DNA from: Candidatus Latescibacterota bacterium
GTDB lineage: Bacteria; Latescibacterota; UBA2968; UBA8231
Assembly (NCBI GenBank): GCA_965197905.1
Contig: CBDAOB010000004.1
Coordinates: forward strand, 1,088,001 to 1,152,000
Direction of reading: 5' to 3'
Length of the DNA: 64,000 nt
Position numbers and translations under genes: made by a program. Under the pieces are notes generated by a model. The model saw nothing but the letters and a program-made list of their open reading frames with translations, was not told where the DNA came from and did not search any database. Numbering within the stretch: the stretch's first letter is position 1; each line of letters begins with the position of its first letter. Below, piece after piece: positions 1-9,781 of the stretch.

Positions 1-1
1 C

Positions 2-2608
2 AGCACCAGCGGCTTGGTCCAATGGCTGCCCGCGCAGGCCGATATAGGCTCGGTTGCGGTGACGGTGCGGGTCGAGGACGGCAAGGGTGGTTTCGCCTTG
101 CAGCCATTTAACCTTCAGGTATCGAATACCAACGATCTCCCGCAGCTGACCAGCACTCCCGATTCGGCTGCCGTCGAGGATGTTCTTTTTTCCTACGCCA
201 TCGCTGCCACCGATTCCGATCCGGCCGACACCTTGAGCTACAGCGTCACTGCCGGTCCAGCTGCTGCCTCCATCGACACCGCGGGGTTGTTCACCTGGAC
301 ACCGATACAAGCAGACGTTGGAGCGCAACAGTTCACCGTTCGGGTCGCCGATCAGGTCGGCGGCGCCGTGACGCAGAGCTTTTCCGTTGTGGTAGCCGAG
401 GTCGACGACCCGCCGGTAATCAGCTCAACACCCGACACGCTAGCCTCGGAAGATTTGTTGTACACCTATGCCCTGTCCGCACTCGATGAAGAGGGCGGCC
501 AGCTTACGTTCGAGCTCATCGGACCTGTAGGCATGTCCATCGACACCACTGGCACCGTGCAGTGGACCCCTGCCTCCGCCGACATCGGTAACCAGACCGT
601 AGAGATCCGCATACGGGATCCCGGCGGTCTGCAGTCCATTCAATCCTTTCAATTGCAAGTGTTGGCCGTCAATGACCCACCCGTGATCGACCAGCGCAGT
701 CCCGTCGACTCGCTGCTGATTGCTACAACGGGCGTGGCCATTGCCTTCAGCGCCACCGTAGAAGACGAGGAGAGCGACGCGCTCGTTCTCGCCTGGCTCG
801 TTGACGGATCGGTCCAATCGGGGGCAGCCGCAAGCGAATTCTCCTACACGCCAAGCTCGGCAGGTGTCGATACAGTTACCCTGCGGGCCACGGATCCGAC
901 GGACACCACCACGACGATCTGGATCGTCGATTCTCGGGAAATTGCGCGCGTCAGCGTGGCGACGGACACCGTTGATTTTGGTGACGTGGGGCTTGGAGAT
1001 ACGACTCAGACCACCTTGATCGTCGGCAACACCGGTCGCGTCGCTCTCGAAATCAGCAATCTTTCCCTGGGGAATCTGCAGTTTGGCGCCAGCTTCGGTA
1101 CCGCTGTCGTCAGCGCGGGAGGGGAAACCACCCTGGAAATCCTCTTCTCTCCCGGCGCTCGCGGATCGATCCAGAGCCAAATCTCGTTTACCACCAATGA
1201 TCCAGATCAAGGCAGCATTTCCATCCCGCTGCGTTCACGAGGAGTGGTTCCGACGGTTCTGGCGCTGGATCTCGATCCGACAACCGGCTCGCAGGAGTTG
1301 TCCGAAGCTGCGGTCTCACCGGGAGAGACGGTGTCAGTTGCGATATACGCCGCCTCCAGCCTGCAATTGGTGAGCTACGATCTGCTGCTGCGCTATGACC
1401 CTGACATCCTTACACCAGACAGCTTTTCCATCAACGCCGCGGGTGAAAGCAACGTACTGGAGGTGATCGGGAACACGGTTACGGGAAGCAGCAGCTCCCC
1501 TGACGGTACGACCTTCAAGGTCGCCGCCACAACGCAGGCCGGTGCGTCGGGGATTTCAGATTCGGGTCTTTTGGGGATCGCCACGTTTCAGGTATCGTCC
1601 ACGGTGGTACCCACGGGACAATCGACCTCCATCGAATTGGCACAGGCATTGTTGAAAAGCGCCGACCAAAGTGCGCCCGATACGATTGCCGCCGCCGCCC
1701 AGGCTGTGGTAACCCTGCGTTCGGCGTTGCAGGGCGATTTCAACCTGGACGGGGTCGTGAACTTCGACGACTTCTTCCTCTTCGCAGACCATTTCGGAAC
1801 GACACCTATGTCCGCGAATTGGGACCCGATTTACGATCTCAATCAACTGGGCAGTTCGACCGCCAGGATCGACTTCGACGATTTCTTCCTTTTCGCGGAT
1901 GGATTCGGCGCCACCGGGAAACGTCTGCCGAAGGAGGAAAGTCCCTCGCCGCTGTGGTTGATGGCCGATCTCGAGAGCAGTGCCCCTAACAGAGTTGACA
2001 TCGACCTTTTGTGGCAGGAGTCAACGCCGTTGCGGGGATTTGTGGTCGCTCTCGAATACGATCCGAATGTGCTCGTTTTCCGGGCTTACCATCCGGCACC
2101 AGACCGGGATCCGCTTCCCTGGGTGCAGGAGACGACGGGCCAGGTGCTGGTCGCCATCGGGTTGAACGCAAGTGGGGAGCCATTCGCAGGTGACGATCTG
2201 GGACGTCTGGAATTCGAGCGCTTGAAGCCGGAGGGCACTACCTTGCGGGTTCCGGGTACCGTGAGCTACAGCGGAGTAAGTTCCGCAGTGCACGGCGCGC
2301 CACCCGACCTGGCGATAGAGAAGCTGCCCAGCAGCTACCTGCTATTCCCACCCTTCCCGAACCCGTTCAACCCCGAAACCGTGGTAAGGTTCTTCCTGCC
2401 CGAACCGGGTGAGGGGTCGATTCGCGTGTATGACCTTTTGGGTCGTCGGGTTCAAACCCTGACAAACGGAGAGCTGACCGCCGGCTACCACCGTCTGAAG
2501 TGGTCGGGTCGAGATGACAACGGCCGGGAAGTTGGGGCCGGCGTCTACCTGATTCTGCTCGAGGTGGAAGGCAATCGGCAGGTCCGGAAGCTGATGCTTC
2601 TCAAATAG
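2..2608 (+). CDS. Large secreted multidomain protein, 5'-truncated: He_PIG/cadherin-like Ig repeats, ASH-type Ig, cohesin-like, dockerin/EF-hand-like pair, FlgD/T9SS-type C-terminal domain
   Basis: Frame is open from base 2. Repeats P.I.STP...ED.L..Y...A.D...GP...ID..G...WTP..AD.G; TVDFGDV..G...TNDPD; GDFNLDGVVNFDDFFLFADHFG and IDFDDFFLFADGFG; C-terminus PFPNPFNPET...W.GRDDNG..V.AGVY...RKLMLLK. Confidence 0.85.
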   Translation, partial: STSGLVQWLPAQADIGSVAVTVRVEDGKGGFALQPFNLQVSNTNDLPQLTSTPDSAAVEDVLFSYAIAATDSDPADTLSYSVTAGPAAASIDTAGLFTWTPIQADVGAQQFTVRVADQVGGAVTQSFSVVVAEVDDPPVISSTPDTLASEDLLYTYALSALDEEGGQLTFELIGPVGMSIDTTGTVQWTPASADIGNQTVEIRIRDPGGLQSIQSFQLQVLAVNDPPVIDQRSPVDSLLIATTGVAIAFSATVEDEESDALVLAWLVDGSVQSGAAASEFSYTPSSAGVDTVTLRATDPTDTTTTIWIVDSREIARVSVATDTVDFGDVGLGDTTQTTLIVGNTGRVALEISNLSLGNLQFGASFGTAVVSAGGETTLEILFSPGARGSIQSQISFTTNDPDQGSISIPLRSRGVVPTVLALDLDPTTGSQELSEAAVSPGETVSVAIYAASSLQLVSYDLLLRYDPDILTPDSFSINAAGESNVLEVIGNTVTGSSSSPDGTTFKVAATTQAGASGISDSGLLGIATFQVSSTVVPTGQSTSIELAQALLKSADQSAPDTIAAAAQAVVTLRSALQGDFNLDGVVNFDDFFLFADHFGTTPMSANWDPIYDLNQLGSSTARIDFDDFFLFADGFGATGKRLPKEESPSPLWLMADLESSAPNRVDIDLLWQESTPLRGFVVALEYDPNVLVFRAYHPAPDRDPLPWVQETTGQVLVAIGLNASGEPFAGDDLGRLEFERLKPEGTTLRVPGTVSYSGVSSAVHGAPPDLAIEKLPSSYLLFPPFPNPFNPETVVRFFLPEPGEGSIRVYDLLGRRVQTLTNGELTAGYHRLKWSGRDDNGREVGAGVYLILLEVEGNRQVRKLMLLK

Positions 2609-2623
2609 CCGACGGTGTCACCG

Positions 2624-2652
2624 TTGACACCCACACCGTCCGCCCCTACTTT
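2624..2652 (+). promoter_or_regulatory. sigma70-type promoter for rpmI-rplT
   Basis: TTGACA (2624-2629), 17 nt, TACTTT (2647-2652), 30 nt upstream of the rpmI ATG. Confidence 0.7.
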
Positions 2653-2682
2653 GTTTGTTTCGGGAAATTTGAAGAGATAGCC

Positions 2683-2880
2683 ATGCCTAAGATTCGAACC
2701 CACAAAGCTTCGGCCAAACGTATCAAGAAACGCAGATCCGGTAGTCTCAAACGCCGCAACGCCTACGCGACACACATATTGGGCAAGAAGTCGACGAAGC
2801 GGAAACGTGGGTTCCGCAAGAACGAACCGATCGCGCCGGCCGATCAGCATCTGGTAAGACGCGCCCTGAATCTGAAATAA
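2683..2880 (+). CDS. rpmI: 50S ribosomal protein L35
   Basis: MPKIRTHKASAKRIK...HILGKKSTKRKR, 65 aa, precedes rplT. Confidence 0.97.
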   Translation: MPKIRTHKASAKRIKKRRSGSLKRRNAYATHILGKKSTKRKRGFRKNEPIAPADQHLVRRALNLK

Positions 2881-2889
2881 GAGTCGATC

Positions 2890-3243
2890 GTGCCCCGCGC
2901 TACCAATAGTGTCTCCTCTCGCAGACGTCGCAAAAAGGTCCTCAAGCTGGCCAAAGGGTACTGGGGCGGACGCAGTCGCCTATTCCGCACCGCCCGGGAG
3001 GCTGTCGATCGCGCCCAGCGATACGCCTACCGTGACCGCCGTAGACGCAAGAGAGATCTCCGCCGCCTCTGGATTGTCAGAATCAACGCTGCGGCCCGCT
3101 TGAACGGTCTGTCCTACAGCCAGCTCATATACGGACTTGGTCGCGCCGGAGTCGAGATCAATCGCAAGATACTGGCCGACTTGGCCGTCCGCGACCCCGA
3201 AGCCTTTGCCGCCGTGGCGGCGGAGGCGAAGTCTCAGTTTTAA
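2890..3243 (+). CDS. rplT: 50S ribosomal protein L20
   Basis: MPRA...[12 protein letters not shown]...YAYRDRR...[11 protein letters not shown]...NRKILADLA. Confidence 0.98.
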   Translation: MPRATNSVSSRRRRKKVLKLAKGYWGGRSRLFRTAREAVDRAQRYAYRDRRRRKRDLRRLWIVRINAAARLNGLSYSQLIYGLGRAGVEINRKILADLAVRDPEAFAAVAAEAKSQF

Positions 3244-3271
3244 CAGTTTCCCCCCGTAAAGCCCGACTCCA

Positions 3272-3300
3272 TTGACCGTCATTTTCTCGCGGTCTACATT
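3272..3300 (+). promoter_or_regulatory. sigma70-type promoter for pheS
   Basis: TTGACC (3272-3277), 17 nt, TACATT (3295-3300). Confidence 0.55.
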
Positions 3301-3336
3301 CGGCGATTCCGCCTTCTGTTGTAGAATCAGGTACTT

Positions 3337-4347
3337 ATGTTGGAAGAAATAGAGCATCTGAAAGTCAGTGCCCTGGCTGAAATCGAGGCCGCTACCGACC
3401 CCAGCGCGGTCGACGAGTTGCGCGTCAGACATCTGGGACGCAGGAGCCGGCTGCGAGACATCATGGGAAGAATCGGTGAACTTTCGCCGGCGGAGCGCCC
3501 TGCCATTGGCAAGGCAAGCGGCGATGCCCAGACGGCGATCCAGGCCGCCTTGGAAGAGCAACTGCAGAAGGTCGAGGATACCGGTGGCGAGGACGCGTTC
3601 GACGTGACATTGCCGGGTCGGCGACCGTTGGCCGGAAAGCTGCACCCGTTGGGACGCTTGGCGGACGAGCTCGTCGATATCTTCCGCCTCCTGGGATTCA
3701 GCGTTGCAGACGGACCGGAGATTGAAGACGAATACCACAATTTCGATGCCCTGAATACCCCCGTGGACCATCCGGCGCGGGACCTCCACGACACCTTCTA
3801 CCTGAAAAATGGCAGCCTGCTGAGAACCCACACGTCCACGGTTCAGATCCGGGTCATGGAGACGGTGCAGCCACCCGTAAAAGTGATTTCTCTAGGACGC
3901 TGTTACCGGCGTGACACTGTGGATGCCACTCACCATTTCACCTTTCACCAGATTGAAGGGCTGAGTGTCGATGAAAATGTGTCCATGGCGGACCTGAAGG
4001 GCACGCTGGAACAGATGGGTCGCCAGCTGCTCGGCCGATCGACGAAGGTTCGATTTAGACCCCATTTCTTTCCGTTCACCGAACCGAGCATCGAATACGA
4101 TTTCTCCTGTTCCATCTGTGGCGCCTCCGGGGCGCGTTGCCGGGTTTGCAAAGGTACCGGTTGGATCGAGATCGGCGGCGCTGGTCTGGTGGATCCCGCC
4201 GTGTTCGAGGCAGTCGGGTACGATGCGGAGAGGTTCACCGGGTTCGCCTTCGGCATTGGCCTTGAACGCATGCTTATGATGCTACACGGCATCGATGACA
4301 TCCGCCTTTTTCTCGAGAACGACCTGCGATTTACACGTCGTTTCTGA
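3337..4347 (+). CDS. pheS: Phenylalanine-tRNA ligase alpha subunit
   Basis: NFDALN.P.DHPARD..DTFY, LLRTHTS, FHQIEGL, FPFTEPS, GFAFGIGLER. Confidence 0.98.
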   Translation: MLEEIEHLKVSALAEIEAATDPSAVDELRVRHLGRRSRLRDIMGRIGELSPAERPAIGKASGDAQTAIQAALEEQLQKVEDTGGEDAFDVTLPGRRPLAGKLHPLGRLADELVDIFRLLGFSVADGPEIEDEYHNFDALNTPVDHPARDLHDTFYLKNGSLLRTHTSTVQIRVMETVQPPVKVISLGRCYRRDTVDATHHFTFHQIEGLSVDENVSMADLKGTLEQMGRQLLGRSTKVRFRPHFFPFTEPSIEYDFSCSICGASGARCRVCKGTGWIEIGGAGLVDPAVFEAVGYDAERFTGFAFGIGLERMLMMLHGIDDIRLFLENDLRFTRRF

Positions 4348-4362
4348 ACCCGAAGCAAAACC

Positions 4363-6741
4363 ATGAAGATTACCTACAACTGGCTCGGGGAGTACATAGA
4401 CCTGCCTTGGGATTGGGAGGAGCTCGTCGACCGCCTGACGATGTCAGGTTTGGAGATGGAGTCGGCCACCGACCTGCGAGAGGGGTTCGATGGAATCGTC
4501 GTGGGCAAGGTCCGAGCGGTAGAAAAACATCCCGATGCAGATCGCCTTCGCGTTTGTACGGTGGACCTTGGTGTTTCCGTGGAGACCATCGTCTGTGGCG
4601 CACCGAATGTGGAAAGCGGCCAATCGGTTGCCGTCTGTCTGCCCGGCCAGCGTCTGCCGGATGGTACCCTTATCGAGCGGGCGAAAATCCGGGGGATCGA
4701 ATCCGCGGGCATGATCTGTTCGGAGGTGGAGCTGGGCATCGGCGAGGATTCCAGTGGCATTCTGGTGCTGACGTCAGAGGTCGAAACCGGCCGTCCGTTC
4801 GCCGAGCAAACCGGACGCGATGATATCCAGATCGATTTCGAGGTCACGCCGAACAGACCGGACTGTCTAAGTATCCTCGGAATCGCCCGGGAGGTAAGGG
4901 TGCTTACGGGGGCGGAACTGCGATACCCAGGTAGCGCATCAAAAGAGGCCGGGCCGCCTGTCTCGGAAGCAATTGCGATCCAGGTGCAGGATCCGGATCT
5001 GTGTCCTCGGTACTGCGCTCGCGTTATCCGCAACCTAAGGGTGGGACCGTCACCCGACTGGCTCGTTCGTCGTCTCGGTGCGGTCGGCCTGCGTCCCATA
5101 AATAACGTGGTAGACATCACCAACTACGTCCTTATGGAGTTGGGCCATCCCCTGCATGCGTTCGATCTGCACAAGCTGGAATACGAGCAGGTGATCGTGC
5201 GCCGGGCGGGTGCCGGCGAATCAGTCGAGACATTGGACGGCGTTTCCCGCGAGTTGAATCCGGAGATTCTGGTGATCGCGGACGGTCGCAAACCGATCGC
5301 CGTGGCCGGCATCATGGGAGCTCGGGATACCGAGGTCGGCGTCGAAACCGTGGACGTGTTGCTGGAAAGCGCTTTCTTCGACGCCAAAACCGTCCGTCGC
5401 GGAAAGGCGACTCTGGGCATCCAATCGGAGGCGGCCATGCGATTCGAGCGCGGCGCCGATTTTTGCGCGGCCCCCATTGCGCTGGATCGAGCCGCTGGCC
5501 TCATGGCCGAAATCTCTGGTGGGGAGGTAGCTCCAGGCATGATTGACGTTGCCGCCGGCGATCCCAAATCGCACGAGATCTCTGCAAGGCTGTCGCGGAT
5601 CAAAAAGCTGCTGAGCGTCGATTTCGAGGATTCGAGGATTGTCGAGATTCTTGAATTATTGGGCTGCGAGGTCGAGCGGAAAGGGAACGATCTGTCTGTG
5701 GTTGCGCCCTCTTTTCGGCCGGATCTGGAACGGGAGGTCGATCTCGTCGAGGAGGTGGGGCGGATTCACGGCTATGGGAGCATCGAAGGAAGCACGGTCG
5801 TCAGCACCCCTGTCGGATTGTCTGTTGAATCCCAAATCGATGTGCAACGGGAAATCCGCAATCGCTTGAGCGGACTCGGTCTTGACGAGGTTGTGTCCAA
5901 TTCGATTGTCAACGACACCGGGATGAAATTTTTCGGAGATGTCGATGGCCGTCTGTGCCTTACCAATCCGCCCACGGAGGATCAACACATTCTCCGGCCC
6001 ACACTCCTTGGCAGCCTTCTTGAGGTGGCGCGGCGGAATTTCAATCAACGGGCTTCTACCGTTGCCGTCTTTGAGGTGGGCATGTGTTATCAAGCAGGCG
6101 GTGATGCGGAGGCTGTCTCCGAGCGCGTCCGTCTTGCCGGCCTTTGGGCGGGGAACGCCAGCAGATCACCGTGGCGGAACGAGCATCGCGACGTCGATTT
6201 CCTGGACCTCAAGGGGATTCTGGAAGCACTGCTAGCGGATCTGACACCGGAATTCCGCCCGCAGGAAGTCCCCTGGCTGCAGGGGGGTTGTTCAGCGTCG
6301 ATCGCTTTGAACGGGGGACCGTTGGGATTCCTGGGCGAAGTGGAGCCCAAGCTGTGCGGCGCCTTTGATCTGGAACGCAGGGTTTTTATCTTTGAAGTGG
6401 ATTTTGATACGCTGGCCGCAAGCTGGTCCCGTCCGAAAGCGGCCTACGATCCGTTGCCGAAGTTTCCCCCCATCGAACGCGACCTGGCGGTGGTCGTGCC
6501 GACGCACATAGGCAGCGGTGAAGTGGAATCCCATATTCTGGGTAGTTCGCCGGAGCTTATAGAAGCGGTGGAACTCTTTGACGTGTATCGAGGCGACCAG
6601 ATACCGCCCGAGCGCAAGAGCCTGGCCTATGCCATACGGATGCGCTCGCGGGAAAAGACCCTGGAGGATTCCGATGCGGATGCCATCGTGGAGGGGGCAT
6701 TGAGACGTCTTGGTGAACGCATTGGAGCGGAACTCCGTTAA
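4363..6741 (+). CDS. pheT: Phenylalanine-tRNA ligase beta subunit
   Basis: HPDADRL, IVCGAPNV, TPNRPDCLS, INNVVDITNY, RFERG, C-terminal ferredoxin-fold anticodon-binding domain. Confidence 0.98.
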   Translation: MKITYNWLGEYIDLPWDWEELVDRLTMSGLEMESATDLREGFDGIVVGKVRAVEKHPDADRLRVCTVDLGVSVETIVCGAPNVESGQSVAVCLPGQRLPDGTLIERAKIRGIESAGMICSEVELGIGEDSSGILVLTSEVETGRPFAEQTGRDDIQIDFEVTPNRPDCLSILGIAREVRVLTGAELRYPGSASKEAGPPVSEAIAIQVQDPDLCPRYCARVIRNLRVGPSPDWLVRRLGAVGLRPINNVVDITNYVLMELGHPLHAFDLHKLEYEQVIVRRAGAGESVETLDGVSRELNPEILVIADGRKPIAVAGIMGARDTEVGVETVDVLLESAFFDAKTVRRGKATLGIQSEAAMRFERGADFCAAPIALDRAAGLMAEISGGEVAPGMIDVAAGDPKSHEISARLSRIKKLLSVDFEDSRIVEILELLGCEVERKGNDLSVVAPSFRPDLEREVDLVEEVGRIHGYGSIEGSTVVSTPVGLSVESQIDVQREIRNRLSGLGLDEVVSNSIVNDTGMKFFGDVDGRLCLTNPPTEDQHILRPTLLGSLLEVARRNFNQRASTVAVFEVGMCYQAGGDAEAVSERVRLAGLWAGNASRSPWRNEHRDVDFLDLKGILEALLADLTPEFRPQEVPWLQGGCSASIALNGGPLGFLGEVEPKLCGAFDLERRVFIFEVDFDTLAASWSRPKAAYDPLPKFPPIERDLAVVVPTHIGSGEVESHILGSSPELIEAVELFDVYRGDQIPPERKSLAYAIRMRSREKTLEDSDADAIVEGALRRLGERIGAELR

Positions 6742-6760
6742 CGGGAGTACTGTAGAGAAA

Positions 6761-7018
6761 ATGGCGGTAGACAGCAATTTCGAGCGGCTCGAGCAGGAAG
6801 TGAATCGCCTGGTGGAAGTATTGGAGCGGCTGCGCAGCGAAAACGCCACGAAGGATGAGGAGATTCAATCGTTGTCGAGCCAGAACGAGGCGTTGAAGTC
6901 GAATGTCGCACAATTGGAAACGGCCCAGACCGAAAGCGAGAACGCCGCGAAGATCCGCGAAGAGGTGAAATCGCGCATAGCTGGCATCCTGCAGAAGCTG
7001 GATGCCGTGGAACTCTGA
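6761..7018 (+). CDS. Small coiled-coil protein, ZapB-like
   Basis: 85-aa heptad-rich ORF from ATG 6761, between pheT and zapA. Confidence 0.65.
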   Translation: MAVDSNFERLEQEVNRLVEVLERLRSENATKDEEIQSLSSQNEALKSNVAQLETAQTESENAAKIREEVKSRIAGILQKLDAVEL

Positions 7019-7041
7019 CGACCGCTGCGAAGGACATCGAT

Positions 7042-7359
7042 ATGACTGATGGAACTCAGGTTACAGTAAGCGTGCTTGGAAAGAGTTATACTCTAGAATC
7101 GACTGGAGAGCGCAACGCAGAGTACGTGCGCCAAGTGGCACAGCTGGTAGACGACAAAGGTCGGACCATGGGACCTACCCAAACATCCCCTGTGCAGACG
7201 GCGGTTCTAGCCGGCTTGGAGCTGGTCGACGAATTGCTGAAACTCCGAGCGGAGTACGACACCGCGGAATCGGATATTGCTCAGAGGACATCCAGACTAG
7301 CTTCCTCTCTGGGTAACATCTTCAGAGAGACGTCGGTCACCGGCAAGCCTTCCAACTAA
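7042..7359 (+). CDS. zapA: Cell division protein ZapA
   Basis: VTVSVLGKSYTL...YVRQVAQLVDDK...AVLAGLELVDEL; typical pheT-zapA-rny order. Confidence 0.85.
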   Translation: MTDGTQVTVSVLGKSYTLESTGERNAEYVRQVAQLVDDKGRTMGPTQTSPVQTAVLAGLELVDELLKLRAEYDTAESDIAQRTSRLASSLGNIFRETSVTGKPSN

Positions 7360-7384
7360 ACGAACACCTGAAAGGAACCGCGTA

Positions 7385-8950
7385 ATGTTGGGTCTTTTGG
7401 GCGAAATCGCCCTAGCGCTCACCATTTCGATCATCTTTTTTTTCGGTGGTTGGTTCGTCTGCACCAAGGTACGGAGACGAAAGATTGGTGACGCCCAGGA
7501 TATCGCCCGCAGCATCATAGACGAAGCGCACAAAGACGGGGAAGCGCTGAAGCAGACCGCCACCCTTGAAGCTCGGGACCAATGGCGGCGAGAGCGGGAA
7601 CCTCTCGAGCGGGAGATCGAATCCTCGAAGCGCTCTTTGCGAGACCTGGAGGGAAAGCTCCTGAAACGGAAGCATCAGCTGGATCGCAAGGTGGATCTTC
7701 TGGACGGTAAGGAGCGCCAGCTTGCCAAGACCGAGGCGGAACTAGAAAAGCGAGGCGAAGAGATCCAGGCTGAGGAGTCCCGTGTCGACGTGATGGTCCG
7801 GCAACAACAACAGCGGCTAGAATCGCTGGCGGGAATGAGCCGCGACGAAGCCCGGCGCCGTTTGATCGAACGCCAAGAAGACCGAGCGAGACAGCTGGCA
7901 GCTCGAAAGGTCAAAGAGATCAAAGACGAGGCCGTTGCCAACGCCAACCGCGAAGCGAAGGAAATCATTACCCGCTCTATACAGCGATTTGCCAGTGAGC
8001 TGTCGGTGGAGAACAGCGTCTCTGCTGTAAACATCCCCGCTGACGAGATGAAGGGTCGAATCATCGGTAGAGATGGTCGCAACATTAGATCCTTCGAGAT
8101 GATCACAGGCGTGGAAGTGATCGTAGATGATACGCCCGGGTTGGTCATGTTGTCCGGATTCGATCCGTTGCGCCGAAATATCGCCAAGAATACGCTGGAA
8201 AAGCTTATTCAGGATGGACGCATCCATCCCGGCCGGATTGAGGAGGTGTACGAAAAGGCGCGCGAAGACGTGGAAGAGCAGATTCGCGAGTCCGGATCCA
8301 AGTCGGCGTTCGATCTGGGCATCCACGATCTCGCCGAACCGATTCTCGATGTTCTCGGAAAGCTGCAGTTTCACAGCAGCTACGGACAGAATCTGCTTTC
8401 CCACAGTCAGGAGGTGTCGGTTCTCGCCGGTATGATGGCCGAGGCGTTGGAGCTGGATGTCCCGCTCTCCCGCCGGGCAGGGCTGCTGCACGACATTGGC
8501 AAGGCGTTGAGCTTGGAGGTGGGAGGAGATCCTATCCAGTCCGGCGCCGCGCTGGCGCGCAAGTGCGGAGAGAGCTCGGAGGTCGTCAGTGTTATCGAGA
8601 CACACGCCATCGATACGCCGTTTCGGTCGGCTATCTCCGTACTGGTTGCCGCCGCTAACGAGATCTCCGTAAACAGGCCCGGCGCCCGCAATGAAAAGAT
8701 CGAACAGTACACCAAGAGATTGCGCGCCGTTGAGGAAATAGCGAGCGCGCAACCGGGCGTGGAAAATGCTTTTGCGCTCCAGAATGGCAGGGAGATCCGG
8801 GTATTGGTCAACTCCGAACAAGTGGATGATGCTTATGCCGATCAATTGGCAGACGACATCGTCGACAAGCTGGAGGAGGAGTTGGAGCAACCTGGCCAGA
8901 TGAAGGTCTGCGTAATCCGCGAGGTGCGCGCCGTCCATTACGCCCGCTGA
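7385..8950 (+). CDS. rny: Ribonuclease Y (HD-domain ligands partly degenerate)
   Basis: N-terminal TM, coiled coil, KH motif EMKGRIIGRDGRNIR, DGRIHPGRIEE, SYGQN, LLHDIGK, RPGAR. Confidence 0.95.
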   Translation: MLGLLGEIALALTISIIFFFGGWFVCTKVRRRKIGDAQDIARSIIDEAHKDGEALKQTATLEARDQWRREREPLEREIESSKRSLRDLEGKLLKRKHQLDRKVDLLDGKERQLAKTEAELEKRGEEIQAEESRVDVMVRQQQQRLESLAGMSRDEARRRLIERQEDRARQLAARKVKEIKDEAVANANREAKEIITRSIQRFASELSVENSVSAVNIPADEMKGRIIGRDGRNIRSFEMITGVEVIVDDTPGLVMLSGFDPLRRNIAKNTLEKLIQDGRIHPGRIEEVYEKAREDVEEQIRESGSKSAFDLGIHDLAEPILDVLGKLQFHSSYGQNLLSHSQEVSVLAGMMAEALELDVPLSRRAGLLHDIGKALSLEVGGDPIQSGAALARKCGESSEVVSVIETHAIDTPFRSAISVLVAAANEISVNRPGARNEKIEQYTKRLRAVEEIASAQPGVENAFALQNGREIRVLVNSEQVDDAYADQLADDIVDKLEEELEQPGQMKVCVIREVRAVHYAR

Positions 8951-8962
8951 GCCCCCGAACAG

Positions 8963-9781
8963 ATGTTGAATATCCTCTTTGTCGCCGACGTTTTTGCGAA
9001 GGCGGGACGGCGGGCGGCCGCCCATATCATCCCGCAATTGATCCGCGATCGGAACATCGATTTCTGCGTCGTCAATGGTGAGAACGCGGCGGGCGGTTTC
9101 GGCCTCACCGAAAATATCGCCCGCAAGTTCAAGAGCTACGGCGCCGACGTAATAACCACCGGTAATCACGTCTGGGATCGGAAGGATTTTTTGCCCGTCT
9201 TGAATCGGACGGAGTTCCTCCTGCGCCCGTGCAACTATCCCCGGGAAGTGGCGGGAAAGGGGACCGTCGTTGTCACCTCCCGCAGCGATATTCCGGTAGG
9301 CGTTATCAATCTTCAAGGCCGTACCCATTTGCCCAGCATCGACTGCCCCTTCCGGGCGGCTAGAGCGGCAGCCGAAATGCTGCGCCGCGAGACGCCCGTC
9401 GTTCTCATCGATTTCCACGCGGAGGCAACGGCGGAGAAGGTCGCCCTGGGTTGGCATATGGACGGATTGGTTTCTGCCGTAATCGGGACACACACCCATG
9501 TTCAGACCGCCGACGAACGCATACTCCCCCGCGGCACCGCCTACCTTACCGATGCCGGCATGACGGGTCCGCACGATTCGGTGATCGGCGTCCGCTCGGA
9601 GATTGCAATCAGAAGGTTTCTCATGCAAACGCCTATTCGCTTCAAGCCGGCTGAGGAGAATGCGAAGCTCTGCGGCGCAATCGTCGCGGTGGATGAACAA
9701 AGCGGAAAAGCGGAACACATCGAGAGGCTTCAGCTCGATGTAGAGTCCAGCAGTACAGAGGGGGACGAAGAGGGGGATTGA
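8963..9781 (+). CDS. ymdB: TIGR00282/YmdB-family metallophosphoesterase
   Basis: NGENAAGG, TTGNHVWD, DFHAEATAEK, GTHTHVQTAD; follows rny. Confidence 0.93.
   Translation: MLNILFVADVFAKAGRRAAAHIIPQLIRDRNIDFCVVNGENAAGGFGLTENIARKFKSYGADVITTGNHVWDRKDFLPVLNRTEFLLRPCNYPREVAGKGTVVVTSRSDIPVGVINLQGRTHLPSIDCPFRAARAAAEMLRRETPVVLIDFHAEATAEKVALGWHMDGLVSAVIGTHTHVQTADERILPRGTAYLTDAGMTGPHDSVIGVRSEIAIRRFLMQTPIRFKPAEENAKLCGAIVAVDEQSGKAEHIERLQLDVESSSTEGDEEGD

Noticed and set aside
7360..7384. 6S RNA, often found after zapA
   Set aside because: Only 25 nt separate zapA and rny.
7817..9718. 633-aa minus-strand ORF
   Set aside because: Antisense shadow of rny and ymdB, expected in GC-rich DNA; no motifs.
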